This document shows positions 1 through 8,293 of a DNA stretch of 32,000 nt, piece by piece. The stretch comes from Planctomycetales bacterium (lineage in GTDB: Bacteria; 4484-113; JAFGCY01). The notes beneath the pieces are model-generated. The model had not been told where the DNA came from. It did not search any database and saw nothing but the letters and a program-made list of their open reading frames with translations. The position numbers and the translations under genes were made by a program. Where the stretch lies: contig CP060262.1 in assembly GCA_022646745.1 (NCBI GenBank), forward strand, positions 120,001 to 152,000, in the 5' to 3' direction. Every line of letters starts with the position of its first letter. Positions within the stretch are counted from its first letter, which is position 1.

Positions 1-377
1 TGGTAGTAGTAGTGCACCACTGAGCAACCCGGGTTGAACCACTCGAGCACGACGGTCTTGCCGTCGGCGAGGTAGTCCGCCAGGTGGTGCTCGGCACCGC
101 TCATGTCGGTCAGGGTGAAGTCCGCCGCCATCGTACCGGGCGCGCCGGGCTTCTCCATCGTCATGCCGCTGTCGGCCTCCGCCTGCCCATCGGCATGGGC
201 ATCCGATGCCGCGGTGTCAGTGGCGGCCTGCTGGCTTGCGCCGCTGTCAGCCACTGTGGTGCTGCTGCTGCCGGAACTGTCCGCCGCCGTGTCACCGCCG
301 CCTTCGTTACAGGCGCTCAGGCACAGCAGCAGGACCAGCACTCCGGACAGGAGTGTTATCAGTTTCCTGGTCTGCAT
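1..377 (-). CDS. Thioredoxin/redoxin-fold lipoprotein; N-terminal part only, the gene runs off the left edge
   Basis: Minus-strand ATG at 375-377 with GGGAGGA 4 nt upstream (382-388). Hand translation gives MQTRKLITLLSGVLVLLLCLSAC (signal peptide plus lipobox), a low-complexity linker, then DFTLTDMSGAEHHLADYLADGKTVVLEWFNPGC, which is typical of redoxin-fold proteins. Absent from the ORF track because it is truncated by the window edge. Confidence 0.75.
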   Translation of the reverse strand, partial: MQTRKLITLLSGVLVLLLCLSACNEGGGDTAADSSGSSSTTVADSGASQQAATDTAASDAHADGQAEADSGMTMEKPGAPGTMAADFTLTDMSGAEHHLADYLADGKTVVLEWFNPGCSVVHYYY

Positions 378-589
378 TGAATCCTCCCGAAAATGACTCG
401 CTTATCAATACCGGCCCGCATTGACTTTTGATCTATTAATGATAGTGCATTTTCAAGAAGAGACTGAATTGAGACATACTCACCACCAGTCAGCAGAGTC
501 TGCCTGCAGAACAGGCAAAAGTGTCCCTTGAAACCCCTCAGTTTCGGCATTATCCTCATGATGGAGATCTGTTCTGGGGAGAGATCATT

Positions 590-2857
590 ATGGGACGGTT
601 TTTTCATACTGTTATTGTTGTCTCGGCAATCATCTCTTGCACCTCCTGCGGTGTCACAAAAGCACCTGCTGAGCTGGATTCAGTGCAGGCAGAGCCACAG
701 GCTGAATCAATTCAACCGGAGCTGCTGTCGGACCTGCAGCAGGAACTCGAACGGGTGATTGCAGAATCAGGCACGGCGGGTCCACAGAGATTCCTGCTTG
801 CCTGCGAGATCGAGCCACTGGAAAACGCCAGCAGCATCAGCTGGGCCTACCCCTCCGCCAGCGGTGACTACGACCTCAACTCGCTTACCAATGCCGCCGA
901 TCTCGTCGAAATCGGCCGCTACTTCGGGATCAGCAGCGGGGAACCCGGCTGGGACAAGGCGCAGGTCGCCGACGGGGATGGAAACGGTCGCATTGACATC
1001 GGGGACGTCACCCCGATCGGCCGCAACTTCGGGCTGGACAGCTCCGATTACATCTTCAGGCTGCTCAGTTGCCAGACAGAGGAAAACATCCCGGTGCTTG
1101 AACTCGGCCCGGTGCGCGAGGCCGGCAGCAGCCAGGCCCTGGCAGCCTACCAGCAGCTCTCCACAGTGCTGCTGGACGATGGGCCCTACTGCGTTGAGTT
1201 CGGCGACCAGGCGGTGATCCCGCTTGCTCCAATGGGCCTGGCGGCGGCACTCGACGGTCAGAACCTGATTCAGCTCAGCTGGCAGCCTGCCAGGTTTGCA
1301 TCGGGTTACCGGGTCTGGCGCGACGACGAGGCCGAACCGCTCGTGGAACTGGGCAGCAGCACCTGGTTCGTGGATAGCGCTGCCAGTTACGGCGTGAAAC
1401 ACAGCTATCGGGTCAGCGCATTCAACAGCTGCGGCGAGGGCCCGTTCTCGCCCTGGGCAGAGGAGATCCGCGAGCTAAAGGCAGCGCAGCTGCTTGCCAG
1501 CCAGGGCGATTTCAGCGACCGCATCGAGCTAGCCTGGACCTGCGTCAGCGGTGCCTCCGCCTACCAGGTGTACCGCGATGGGGAGCTGATCGGTAGCACC
1601 AGCGATCTCAGCTTCACGGATGCCGGGGCTGAACGGACCCGCATCTTCGGATATCAGGTCGTTCCGGTCAGCCAGTTTGGCAACGGCCCGGCAAGCAACA
1701 CGGCCTACGGCATATCCATGCTCTGGCGGCGCACCATCGTGGCAGGCACCAGAAGCTCCAACTACTCCGCGATGATCCACAACGGTCTGGCAGTCGTTGC
1801 CCGTGAGGAATCGGAGGAGGATGTGCTCAACATCTACCATGCAACCCAGCCGGTGCCGCTGAACTGGCCCCACTGGAAGGGTGGCGGAACCTTTGCTCGC
1901 ACCAACTATCCCTGTAACCCGGCGATAGTGGAGATTGACGGCACGATCGGCGTTGCCTACCCCACGCGGAAGAGTGGCGGTGAATTGCGCTTTGCGGTCA
2001 GCAACAGCGGCGACCCATCACGTGTGGATGACTGGCAGGAGATGACTGTTGACCCCAATTGCGCTTCGGGCGGCTGGGTCTATGCAACCGTGATTGATGG
2101 CCACGCAATGCTTGGCTACCATGATTTTGACAACAAGGACATCCTGTTCGCGCGGGCCCTTGTTCCCAGACCGCAGTCAGGTGATGACTGGCGCACGATG
2201 ATCGTTGATGCTGACGACAAGACCAGCATCTATGCGCGGATTGCCGCCATCGAGGGCCGGCCGGTACTCTGTTACGGAGCCGATACCGTTGATGACGGCT
2301 ACTTCAATGAGGACGATGAAGCCTTCCTGCGCCTGGCCTGGGCCGACTCCAGCGAGCCGGATTCAGCGGAGGACTGGAGCTTCACCGAGCTGCACTTCCC
2401 CGGGGCGAACATCAGCCCCTCCTTCTTTGGGTTTGCCAGCGTGAATGACAGGCCCGTTATTGCTCTTCGTGAATTCACCGGTACATACAACAATGAGGAC
2501 AGTGCACGCTTCCACGTGGCATACGGCATGAATGAAAGGCCAGAGGGATTCGCGGACTGGAACATGATCAGGATGGAACGGCTGGACAGGCTCGGTGGCA
2601 CAGCTCCGTTCGTCACATCCGTCAGTGGCAACCCGGCGATCGGTTACTACGACAATTACTCGAATGATCCTGTGCTCGCCTGGTCTGCCCTGGCCGAACC
2701 TGAGTCGCAGGACCAGTGGGTTTACATGACCGTGCAGCAGGATTCAGATTACGGCACCTGGCCCCAGGTGCTTGACATAGGGGGCAGGCCGGCAATGTTC
2801 TACATGAGCAACAAGAAGTCCTACAACGATGCCCTGGCTTACGCCGTGGCGGACTGA
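590..2857 (+). CDS. Secreted lipoprotein: dockerin-like double Ca-binding loop + 2 FN3-like domains + ~7 propeller-like repeats (paralogue 1 of 3)
   Basis: ORF 521..2857. The likely start is ATG 590 (GGGGAGAG upstream), giving MGRFFHTVIVVSAIISC. Dockerin-like segment GDYDLNSLTNAADL...ADGDGNGRIDIGDVTPIGRNFG. FN3-like segments LSWQPARFASGYRVWRD...YRVSAFNSCGEGPFS and LAWTCVSGASAYQVYRDG...YQVVPVSQFGNGPAS. The C-terminal repeats carry G-x-P-[AV]-[ILM] and P-x-S-x-x-D-W motifs. Confidence 0.85.
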   Translation: MGRFFHTVIVVSAIISCTSCGVTKAPAELDSVQAEPQAESIQPELLSDLQQELERVIAESGTAGPQRFLLACEIEPLENASSISWAYPSASGDYDLNSLTNAADLVEIGRYFGISSGEPGWDKAQVADGDGNGRIDIGDVTPIGRNFGLDSSDYIFRLLSCQTEENIPVLELGPVREAGSSQALAAYQQLSTVLLDDGPYCVEFGDQAVIPLAPMGLAAALDGQNLIQLSWQPARFASGYRVWRDDEAEPLVELGSSTWFVDSAASYGVKHSYRVSAFNSCGEGPFSPWAEEIRELKAAQLLASQGDFSDRIELAWTCVSGASAYQVYRDGELIGSTSDLSFTDAGAERTRIFGYQVVPVSQFGNGPASNTAYGISMLWRRTIVAGTRSSNYSAMIHNGLAVVAREESEEDVLNIYHATQPVPLNWPHWKGGGTFARTNYPCNPAIVEIDGTIGVAYPTRKSGGELRFAVSNSGDPSRVDDWQEMTVDPNCASGGWVYATVIDGHAMLGYHDFDNKDILFARALVPRPQSGDDWRTMIVDADDKTSIYARIAAIEGRPVLCYGADTVDDGYFNEDDEAFLRLAWADSSEPDSAEDWSFTELHFPGANISPSFFGFASVNDRPVIALREFTGTYNNEDSARFHVAYGMNERPEGFADWNMIRMERLDRLGGTAPFVTSVSGNPAIGYYDNYSNDPVLAWSALAEPESQDQWVYMTVQQDSDYGTWPQVLDIGGRPAMFYMSNKKSYNDALAYAVAD

Positions 2858-2895
2858 TCCAGCGTGGCAGGCAGTGAGTTGCCGGGCAGGCAAGG

Positions 2896-3354
2896 CTAAG
2901 AAGCGGAACTGCCCTGGCTCGCCAGGGTCTGCTCCAGGTTTGCCAGTAAGGTCTTCCAGCCGGCTGTGCTCTGCTCGGCGAATTCGACGGGGCAGTGCTC
3001 CTGCGTCAAGGACAGCTCGCAGGAACCATCCTTCCCGTCCGTGATCTGGATGCGCACGATGGAGCTGCCGAACTGCTCGAGGAACTTCGGCAGGTAGAAG
3101 CTGAAGGCCAGTTTGCGCGGTGCGTCGATTTCAAGGTACTCGCCACAGTGCTCCCAGTCCTCGCCGTCGCGGCGCTCCGTGATGCTGAAGCGTCCGCCGA
3201 CAAGCGCATCGATCCGCGGCGGCAGCATTTCCCCGTCAGGCGTGGCGAACAGCCACTGTACTGCCACTTCAGGGTCCAGCCAGGCATCGAACACGCGCTG
3301 GGCCGGCTGGCTGAAACTGTGCGAAACATGGATGCTGGTGTACTGCGTTGCCAT
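2896..3354 (-). CDS. SRPBCC / AHSA1 (Aha1-like START-fold) domain protein
   Basis: ORF 2896..3405(-). The start is set at ATG 3352-3354 with GGAAGGAG upstream. The pattern VSHSFSQPAQRVFDAWLDPE..WLF...GGRFSI......HCGEYLEIDAPRKLAFSF is typical of this family. Confidence 0.85.
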   Translation of the reverse strand: MATQYTSIHVSHSFSQPAQRVFDAWLDPEVAVQWLFATPDGEMLPPRIDALVGGRFSITERRDGEDWEHCGEYLEIDAPRKLAFSFYLPKFLEQFGSSIVRIQITDGKDGSCELSLTQEHCPVEFAEQSTAGWKTLLANLEQTLASQGSSAS

Positions 3355-3416
3355 CTGGCTGCTCCTTCCCGGTCCGTGGTCGTTCCGCATTATGTTCGCA
3401 TACATGCCGCCGCGGC

Positions 3417-3422
3417 TACAAT
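3417..3422 (+). promoter_or_regulatory. -10 hexamer TACAAT exactly 6 nt before ATG 3429 (leaderless arrangement)
   Basis: TACAAT-ccagcc-ATG, with no SD. Confidence 0.4.
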
Positions 3423-3428
3423 CCAGCC

Positions 3429-3908
3429 ATGCTTACTGAACTGACGGAAATCTGGCGCATCCATGAGTCGATAAACATGGAGCTGCTTGGCAACATCCCG
3501 GATGCCACATTCGGCGCGATCCCGCTGCTGAAGGATGGCAAGCCGGGCCGCGGGCGGGACATCGCGCGGGTGTTCGGCCACATCTATGACGTGCGCATGT
3601 CGGCGATGCGCAAGGCCGAGAAGGATGAAATGACTGAAGTGCCTGTGTTCGACAAGGGCTACTCACCGACGAGGTTGGAACTCGAGAAGGCACTGATTGA
3701 AAGCAGCGTGGCGGTCGTCGCCAGGCTGCGCAATGCGCTGGAAGCAGGGGACGTGATCCGCAAGCGCCAGCCCTCGGTCTGGCTGGCCTACCTGATTTCC
3801 CATGAGTCGCACCACCGTGGGCAGATCATGCTGGCATTGAAGCAGAACGGCTACACACTGAGCGACGAACAGAAGTGGGGTCCGTGGGAGCGCTGGTTCA
3901 AGGATTAG
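3429..3908 (+). CDS. DinB_2-type (DinB superfamily) protein
   Basis: ORF 3348..3908. The start is at ATG 3429 (MLTELTEIW). It has the C-terminal His motif LISHESHHRGQIMLALKQNGY. TACAAT lies exactly 6 nt upstream of the ATG and there is no SD. Confidence 0.85.
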   Translation: MLTELTEIWRIHESINMELLGNIPDATFGAIPLLKDGKPGRGRDIARVFGHIYDVRMSAMRKAEKDEMTEVPVFDKGYSPTRLELEKALIESSVAVVARLRNALEAGDVIRKRQPSVWLAYLISHESHHRGQIMLALKQNGYTLSDEQKWGPWERWFKD

Positions 3909-3943
3909 GTTGGAGGTTGCTGGGTTCAGGTTGCCGGTTGCAG
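3908..3943. repeat. Heptamer word tract GGTTGNN x5
   Basis: The tract reads ggttgga ggttgct gggttca ggttgcc ggttgca. It is the reverse complement of the CAACCTG-type words at 4268-4345, on the other side of the DUF4177 gene. Confidence 0.8.
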
Positions 3944-3961
3944 AAATGACTCTGGCGAACT

Positions 3962-3967
3962 TATTAT
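3962..3967 (+). promoter_or_regulatory. -10 hexamer TATTAT exactly 6 nt before ATG 3974 (leaderless arrangement)
   Basis: TATTAT-cactgc-ATG. TTGCAG lies 18 nt upstream (3938-3943). There is no SD. Confidence 0.45.
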
Positions 3968-3973
3968 CACTGC

Positions 3974-4210
3974 ATGGATGACAGCAACCTGATAGACCTG
4001 CTTACAAATCATGAGCCCGCAGGCTGGGAATACAAGACTGAACTGCGGATGACGCTTGGCGACCGCAACATCCAACAATACCTGAACAGAATGGACAGGC
4101 ATGGCTGGGAATTGGTTCAGGTCATCGGCAGGGAGTTCTGGGCTAGGGGATACTATCGTTTCTTCTTCAGGCGCAGAAGCAGGAAAGACCAAGCCACAAG
4201 CACGGAGTAG
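3974..4210 (+). CDS. DUF4177-like small protein
   Basis: 78-aa ORF. The pattern GWEYKTE...IQQYLNRMDRHGWELVQV matches the W-E-Y-K ... G-W-E-L-V signature of DUF4177. TATTAT lies 6 nt before the ATG. Confidence 0.7.
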   Translation: MDDSNLIDLLTNHEPAGWEYKTELRMTLGDRNIQQYLNRMDRHGWELVQVIGREFWARGYYRFFFRRRSRKDQATSTE

Positions 4211-4276
4211 GCCAACCGATTCGTTACTGAGATCTCATTTCTCATCACTCCTCCAAGCTCCCCACTCCAACCTGCC

Positions 4277-4345
4277 CCAGCAACCTGCAACCTGCACCCA
4301 GCAACCTGCAACCTGCACCCAGCAACCTGCAACCTGCACCCTGCA
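4277..4345. repeat. Tandem repeat, 21-nt unit (3 heptamers: CCAGCAA CCTGCAA CCTGCAC) x3.3
   Basis: Perfect copies lie at 4277-4297, 4298-4318 and 4319-4339, followed by a partial copy. Confidence 0.9.
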
Positions 4346-4358
4346 TTACACTCCCCCC

Positions 4359-4772
4359 ATGCCATCCGACCGTGACTACTCGCACCGCACACTGCCGCAG
4401 AAGCTCGGCATCAAATCCGGCATGCGTGTGTTAATTGCCAACGAACCAGCCCCGGACACGATCCCGCGGGCGGATATCCCTGAAGGTGTGAAACTGGCAA
4501 CGCGTGCCAGCGCTGAGGCGGATATGATGATCCTGTTCGCCCGCGATGTGCAGCAGCTCACAGAGAAGCTCGACCAGTACATCTCACTGCTGCCGAAGGA
4601 AGGCACGCTGTGGACCTGCTGGCCGAAGAAGGCCGCCAGGCTGGCAACGGACATCGACCGCGACGTGGTGTTCAAGTTGCTGCATCCGACTGGGCTGGTG
4701 GATGTGAAGGTCTGCAGCGTGAACGAAACCTGGTCCGCGCTGAAGTGGGTGTACCGGAAGGTGGATCGCTAA
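4359..4772 (+). CDS. DUF3052 family protein
   Basis: ORF 4101..4772. The upstream part reads through a 21-nt tandem repeat and is unlikely to be coding. From ATG 4359 the product reads TLPQKLGIKSGMRVLI...ADMMILFARD...EGTLWTCWPKKAARLATDIDRDVV...GLVDVKVCSVNETWSALKWVYR, which is the DUF3052 pattern. Confidence 0.8.
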   Translation: MPSDRDYSHRTLPQKLGIKSGMRVLIANEPAPDTIPRADIPEGVKLATRASAEADMMILFARDVQQLTEKLDQYISLLPKEGTLWTCWPKKAARLATDIDRDVVFKLLHPTGLVDVKVCSVNETWSALKWVYRKVDR

Positions 4773-4778
4773 GGGGCA

Positions 4779-4940
4779 GTATTGATAGTCTGGATAGTAT
4801 GAATAGTGGAATAAGTGAATTCCGTAGCGGCTGATACCAGCAGCCGGCTATGTATCATCAGTAAGGCCCCGGTTGTGCGCCTGACCCCTGTTGTTTCCAC
4901 TACAAAAACTATTCAAACTATCTGTACTGTTTCCACTCTT
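4779..4940. repeat. Composite palindromic intergenic element (ATAGT-type word arms)
   Basis: The left arm 4779-4818 (gatagtctggatagtatgaatagtggaataagtga) is complementary in its words to the right arm 4897-4940 (ccactacaaaaactattcaaactatc...). The core contains the hairpin TAGCGGCTG-ATACCAG-CAGCCGGCTA. Confidence 0.7.
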
Positions 4941-4944
4941 CCTA

Positions 4945-4953
4945 TGCTATACT
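4945..4953 (+). promoter_or_regulatory. Extended -10 element TGcTATACT upstream of DinB paralogue 1
   Basis: It is the same 9-mer as at 9376-9384, and the following 15 nt are also similar (GTTAAGTT shared). The -35 is weak. It lies 27 nt upstream of ATG 4980. Confidence 0.4.
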
Positions 4954-4979
4954 AATGTTAAGTTAGTCAGGAGGCGGAA

Positions 4980-5477
4980 ATGATTCGTAGCATCCAGGAC
5001 TTTGTGGCGGCATACACCGCCGAACGTGAGAAGACAATGCAGCTCTTGCAGGCTGTCACACAGGACAGCCTGTCCACCCGTGTCGGGACGGAGGGGCGCA
5101 CGCTGGGCTACATCGCCTGGCATATCGTGGCCACCATCCCGGAGATGATGAACAGGACCGGGCTGAAGCTTGCGGAGCTGGACGGTGCCGAGGCACCAGG
5201 CAGCATCGAGGAGATCCGCAGCGCCTATGCCGCGGCATCGCAGGAACTGCTGGACACGGTGGAGCGGAAGTGGGCCGATGGCGACCTCAGCGTCAGTGAC
5301 AACCTGTATGGTGAGGACTGGCCGCGCAGCCAGACACTGCTGGTGCTGCTCACGCATGAGATCCACCACCGGGCGCAGCTGACGGTGCTGATGCGCCAGG
5401 CCGGCCTGCGCGTTCCCGGGATCTACGGCCCGGCCCGTGAGGACTGGGCGGAGTACGGCCTGGAAACCCACCCCTGA
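4980..5477 (+). CDS. DinB family protein (tandem paralogue 1)
   Basis: 165-aa ORF with AGGAGG 6 nt upstream. It carries the motifs W..IAWHI and THEIHHRAQLTVLMRQAGLRVPGIYGP. Confidence 0.9.
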   Translation: MIRSIQDFVAAYTAEREKTMQLLQAVTQDSLSTRVGTEGRTLGYIAWHIVATIPEMMNRTGLKLAELDGAEAPGSIEEIRSAYAAASQELLDTVERKWADGDLSVSDNLYGEDWPRSQTLLVLLTHEIHHRAQLTVLMRQAGLRVPGIYGPAREDWAEYGLETHP

Positions 5478-5601
5478 TTTTCCTGCCGCACCGGTAATCC
5501 AACGCAATTCACCATCCGGTGCGGTTAGACTGGCTTTGGGGAATGCACATCCATGCGGCCGGAAAGCGGCCGGATATCAACACTTTTCAGGAGAGATGGA
5601 A

Positions 5602-6105
5602 ATGTACAGCAACATGCAGGAATTCGTTGAGGGTTACGGCTGGGAGTCCGGCGTCACCGCCTCACTGCTTGACAACCTCACACAGGAAAGCCTCAGCGTG
5701 AAGAAGGCTGACGGGCACAACACGCTTGGCGAACTGGCCTACCACGTCGCCACTTCCCCGGCGATGATGATGCGCGAGATCAAGTGGGACATGCCCGAGC
5801 GCGGCTGGGCCCCGACAGGCGAGGTCAACCTCGAGGAGCTGCGCGCCAATTACCGCGCGGACGTCGAGGCGATCAAGGCCAAGGCCGCCACGCTGAGCGA
5901 GGATGAGCTCAACGAAGTGCACCATGTATTCGGCATGATGGACTGGAAGGCGAAGCAGATGTTCGGCGCGCTGGTCTGCCATGAGATCCACCACCGTGGG
6001 CAGCTTTCCGTGCTGATGCGCCAGGCCGGCCTGGTCGTGCCGAGTATCTACGGCCCGAACTACGAGGAGACCCAGGAGTACCTGAAGCAGATGCAGCAGG
6101 GCTAG
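5602..6105 (+). CDS. DinB family protein (tandem paralogue 2)
   Basis: ORF 5437..6105. The start is set at ATG 5602 (AGGAG at 5589-5593), giving MYSNMQEFVEGYGWE, which is colinear with the N-termini of the two neighbours. It carries CHEIHHRGQLSVLMRQAGLVVPSIYGP. Confidence 0.9.
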   Translation: MYSNMQEFVEGYGWESGVTASLLDNLTQESLSVKKADGHNTLGELAYHVATSPAMMMREIKWDMPERGWAPTGEVNLEELRANYRADVEAIKAKAATLSEDELNEVHHVFGMMDWKAKQMFGALVCHEIHHRGQLSVLMRQAGLVVPSIYGPNYEETQEYLKQMQQG

Positions 6106-6476
6106 GAGGCCAGGCTGTAAGCCTGGCGAGCAATGAAGAATGAGTAAGGAGCAATGAGGACGGAGCAGCGTTGCGAAGTCATGCAAGCTGCATGACGAAG
6201 CTGCGCATGTGCGGGATGCGGTCTTAAGCAATGAGCAATGAAGAGTGAGCAATGAGCCAGGCTGTCAGCGAGGCTAACTCGACCTGGGCTGAACTCATTG
6301 CTCCCCCATCCAGCAATCCACACCATGCGAAGCAGCGCTTCGCGACCCACCGACTAGCGGCGGCCACCCGGCCGCCGTTTTCATTTACCCCGATTGATTG
6401 ATACTGCTTACCCGGATACACTCTACAGATTGCGGCGGGGCAACCAAAACATGCCGCACCAGGAGTAAACGGGACC

Positions 6477-6983
6477 ATGTTCACCAACGCACAGCAGTTC
6501 ATCGGCGAATACACCTACGAAAGCGGCATCACCCGCAGCCTGTTTGCCAACCTGACCGACGCCACGCTCGGTCAGGCCCAGGCGGAAGGCCTGTACAACC
6601 TCGGGCAGATCGCCTGGCATATCAGCTCCTCACGCTGCTACCTGTTCGGCCAGACCGGCTTCGACATGCCGGACCAGGGCCACGGCTTCCCGGAGAACAT
6701 GACGGCCGACATGATCCGCCAGAACTACGACATGCTGCTGGAGCGCGTGCTGAGCCAGGCCGCGACCAAGAGCGATGACGACCTGAACGTGGTCTACCGC
6801 TTCTTTGACAAGATGGATGTCAGCCTCGGCCAGATGATGCGGATGGTGATCTCGCATGAGGTGCACCATCGCGGCCAGCTGTCCGTGCTGATGCGCCAGG
6901 CCGGCCTCGGCATCCCGGGCATCTACGGCCCGAACGCTGAGGACACCAAGATCATGATGGAGCAGATGGCGCAGCAGGGCTAG
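6477..6983 (+). CDS. DinB family protein (tandem paralogue 3)
   Basis: 168-aa ORF with AGGAG upstream. It begins MFTNAQQFIGEYTYE and carries SHEVHHRGQLSVLMRQAGLGIPGIYGP. Confidence 0.9.
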   Translation: MFTNAQQFIGEYTYESGITRSLFANLTDATLGQAQAEGLYNLGQIAWHISSSRCYLFGQTGFDMPDQGHGFPENMTADMIRQNYDMLLERVLSQAATKSDDDLNVVYRFFDKMDVSLGQMMRMVISHEVHHRGQLSVLMRQAGLGIPGIYGPNAEDTKIMMEQMAQQG

Positions 6984-6990
6984 GCCCTGC

Positions 6991-7166
6991 GGGATGAGGA
7001 ACGAGGGATGGGGGATGAGCATTCCAGTAATGTGATTTGAATTCTGCACAATGAGCCCGGATGGCAATGGTGGCCCGCCGTTCACGGCGGGAACCATTGC
7101 GTGATCAGGGACGAGGAATGAGAGTTCGCATCCCCCATCCCCCATCCCCCATCCCCCATCCCTCAT
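6991..7166. repeat. Composite palindromic intergenic element (GGGATGR arm / ATCCCCC x4-5 arm)
   Basis: The left arm 6991-7020 reads gggatgaggaacgagggatgggggatgagc. The right arm 7128-7166 reads gca(tccccca)x4 tccctcat. The core has the nested hairpin GCAATGG(7064-7070)..CCCGCCG-TTCA-CGGCGGG..CCATTGC(7094-7100). Confidence 0.8.
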
Positions 7167-7231
7167 AGCTCCCCCAGCCCGTTTTCTTTTCTGGCAACGC
7201 TTCCGATGATCTCCCTGTCGGGAGGTGAGGA

Positions 7232-8293
7232 ATGCGTCTGTTCGCGCTGCTGGTGGTGCTGGCCACGCCTGTCGTGCTGGCGGCTTGCCGCGATTCCGGG
7301 ACGGAAGGCAATGACCAGTCGCTGGCTGAAGTCCAGCCAGCCGCAGTGCAGGATGACACGCCAGAACCAGCTGACACCGCCAGTCCTGCGGAACCCCTGC
7401 CTGACCACCCCCACCAGGCAGACCGGGTTTCCGATGCCGGCTCCACACTTTTCCCCAATGCCGTCATGCTGGAAATGCCATCCATGGATGGATATCATGG
7501 CTACCAGCACAACTGCCGTTGCCACTTCTACCGTCCCGAGGTATTCGACCAGGATGAAAACAACGTCCCCGCCAAAGAGTATCTGAGCCTTGCGGATCTG
7601 CAGCTTGCGGACCAGGAGGAAGTCATTTACATTGACCCACTCCTTGAGATTCATTCTTCAAGAGAATGGGAGAACAGATTCACCGTCGTCTGCTGGAAGG
7701 AATGGCATCTGGATCCGAACATTGGTGGCAAGCCTTTTCCCAAGCTGAGTTACGACAGCTGGATTTCAGTGTTTGATGAAAACGGACAACTGGTTGGCAG
7801 GACTGACAGCCTTGACAGGGTGGAGCGGATGGTGGAATGGCGTCCATCCAGCTCCGACCAGATGACGATATTGCTGGTGCAGGAGTTCCTGGGAGATCAG
7901 TACTTCTTCAACATTGAAGCGGATGGCAGTCTGGAATTACAACTCGAAGTTGGTATGGGCAGGGAAAACAGCTTCAACTTTCTGGCGTGCGGATCGGCAG
8001 TGCCCGGCGGTGAATTTGGAGAGGAGTGCTTCTCAATCATCCTGCCTGCTGGAGGGTCTGTTTCCACTGTCAACCATCAGGGCAACTTCATATACCTGCA
8101 TGACTGCCGTATGCCGGACGGGCGATCAGCAGCTGATGTGGACACCGGCTACTTCATCATCCGTTTTGGCAACGATCGCGTGTTCCCCTTCAGCTATGTG
8201 GAGGACTTTGACCTGAGCCGCTTCTGGTCAGTGCGTGATGAGATTCCGGCGGACTCCGGGCTGATTATCGCTGGCAATGTAGGAGGTGACTGA
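7232..8293 (+). CDS. Lipoprotein of unknown function (tandem paralogue A)
   Basis: 353-aa ORF with GGGAGGTGAGG upstream. MRLFALLVVLATPVVLAAC is a signal peptide plus lipobox. It shares blocks with the next gene (FTVVC, S.I.VFD..G.L, DCR.PDG, GY.I.RFGN..V.PFSY). Confidence 0.8.
   Translation: MRLFALLVVLATPVVLAACRDSGTEGNDQSLAEVQPAAVQDDTPEPADTASPAEPLPDHPHQADRVSDAGSTLFPNAVMLEMPSMDGYHGYQHNCRCHFYRPEVFDQDENNVPAKEYLSLADLQLADQEEVIYIDPLLEIHSSREWENRFTVVCWKEWHLDPNIGGKPFPKLSYDSWISVFDENGQLVGRTDSLDRVERMVEWRPSSSDQMTILLVQEFLGDQYFFNIEADGSLELQLEVGMGRENSFNFLACGSAVPGGEFGEECFSIILPAGGSVSTVNHQGNFIYLHDCRMPDGRSAADVDTGYFIIRFGNDRVFPFSYVEDFDLSRFWSVRDEIPADSGLIIAGNVGGD

Noticed and set aside
359-607. 82-aa minus-strand ORF in the divergent region between the first two genes
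   Set aside because: It overlaps both neighbouring gene starts and their SDs and shows no family resemblance. The region is better read as a divergent promoter region. I could not define convincing -35/-10 pairs there, so no promoter is called either.
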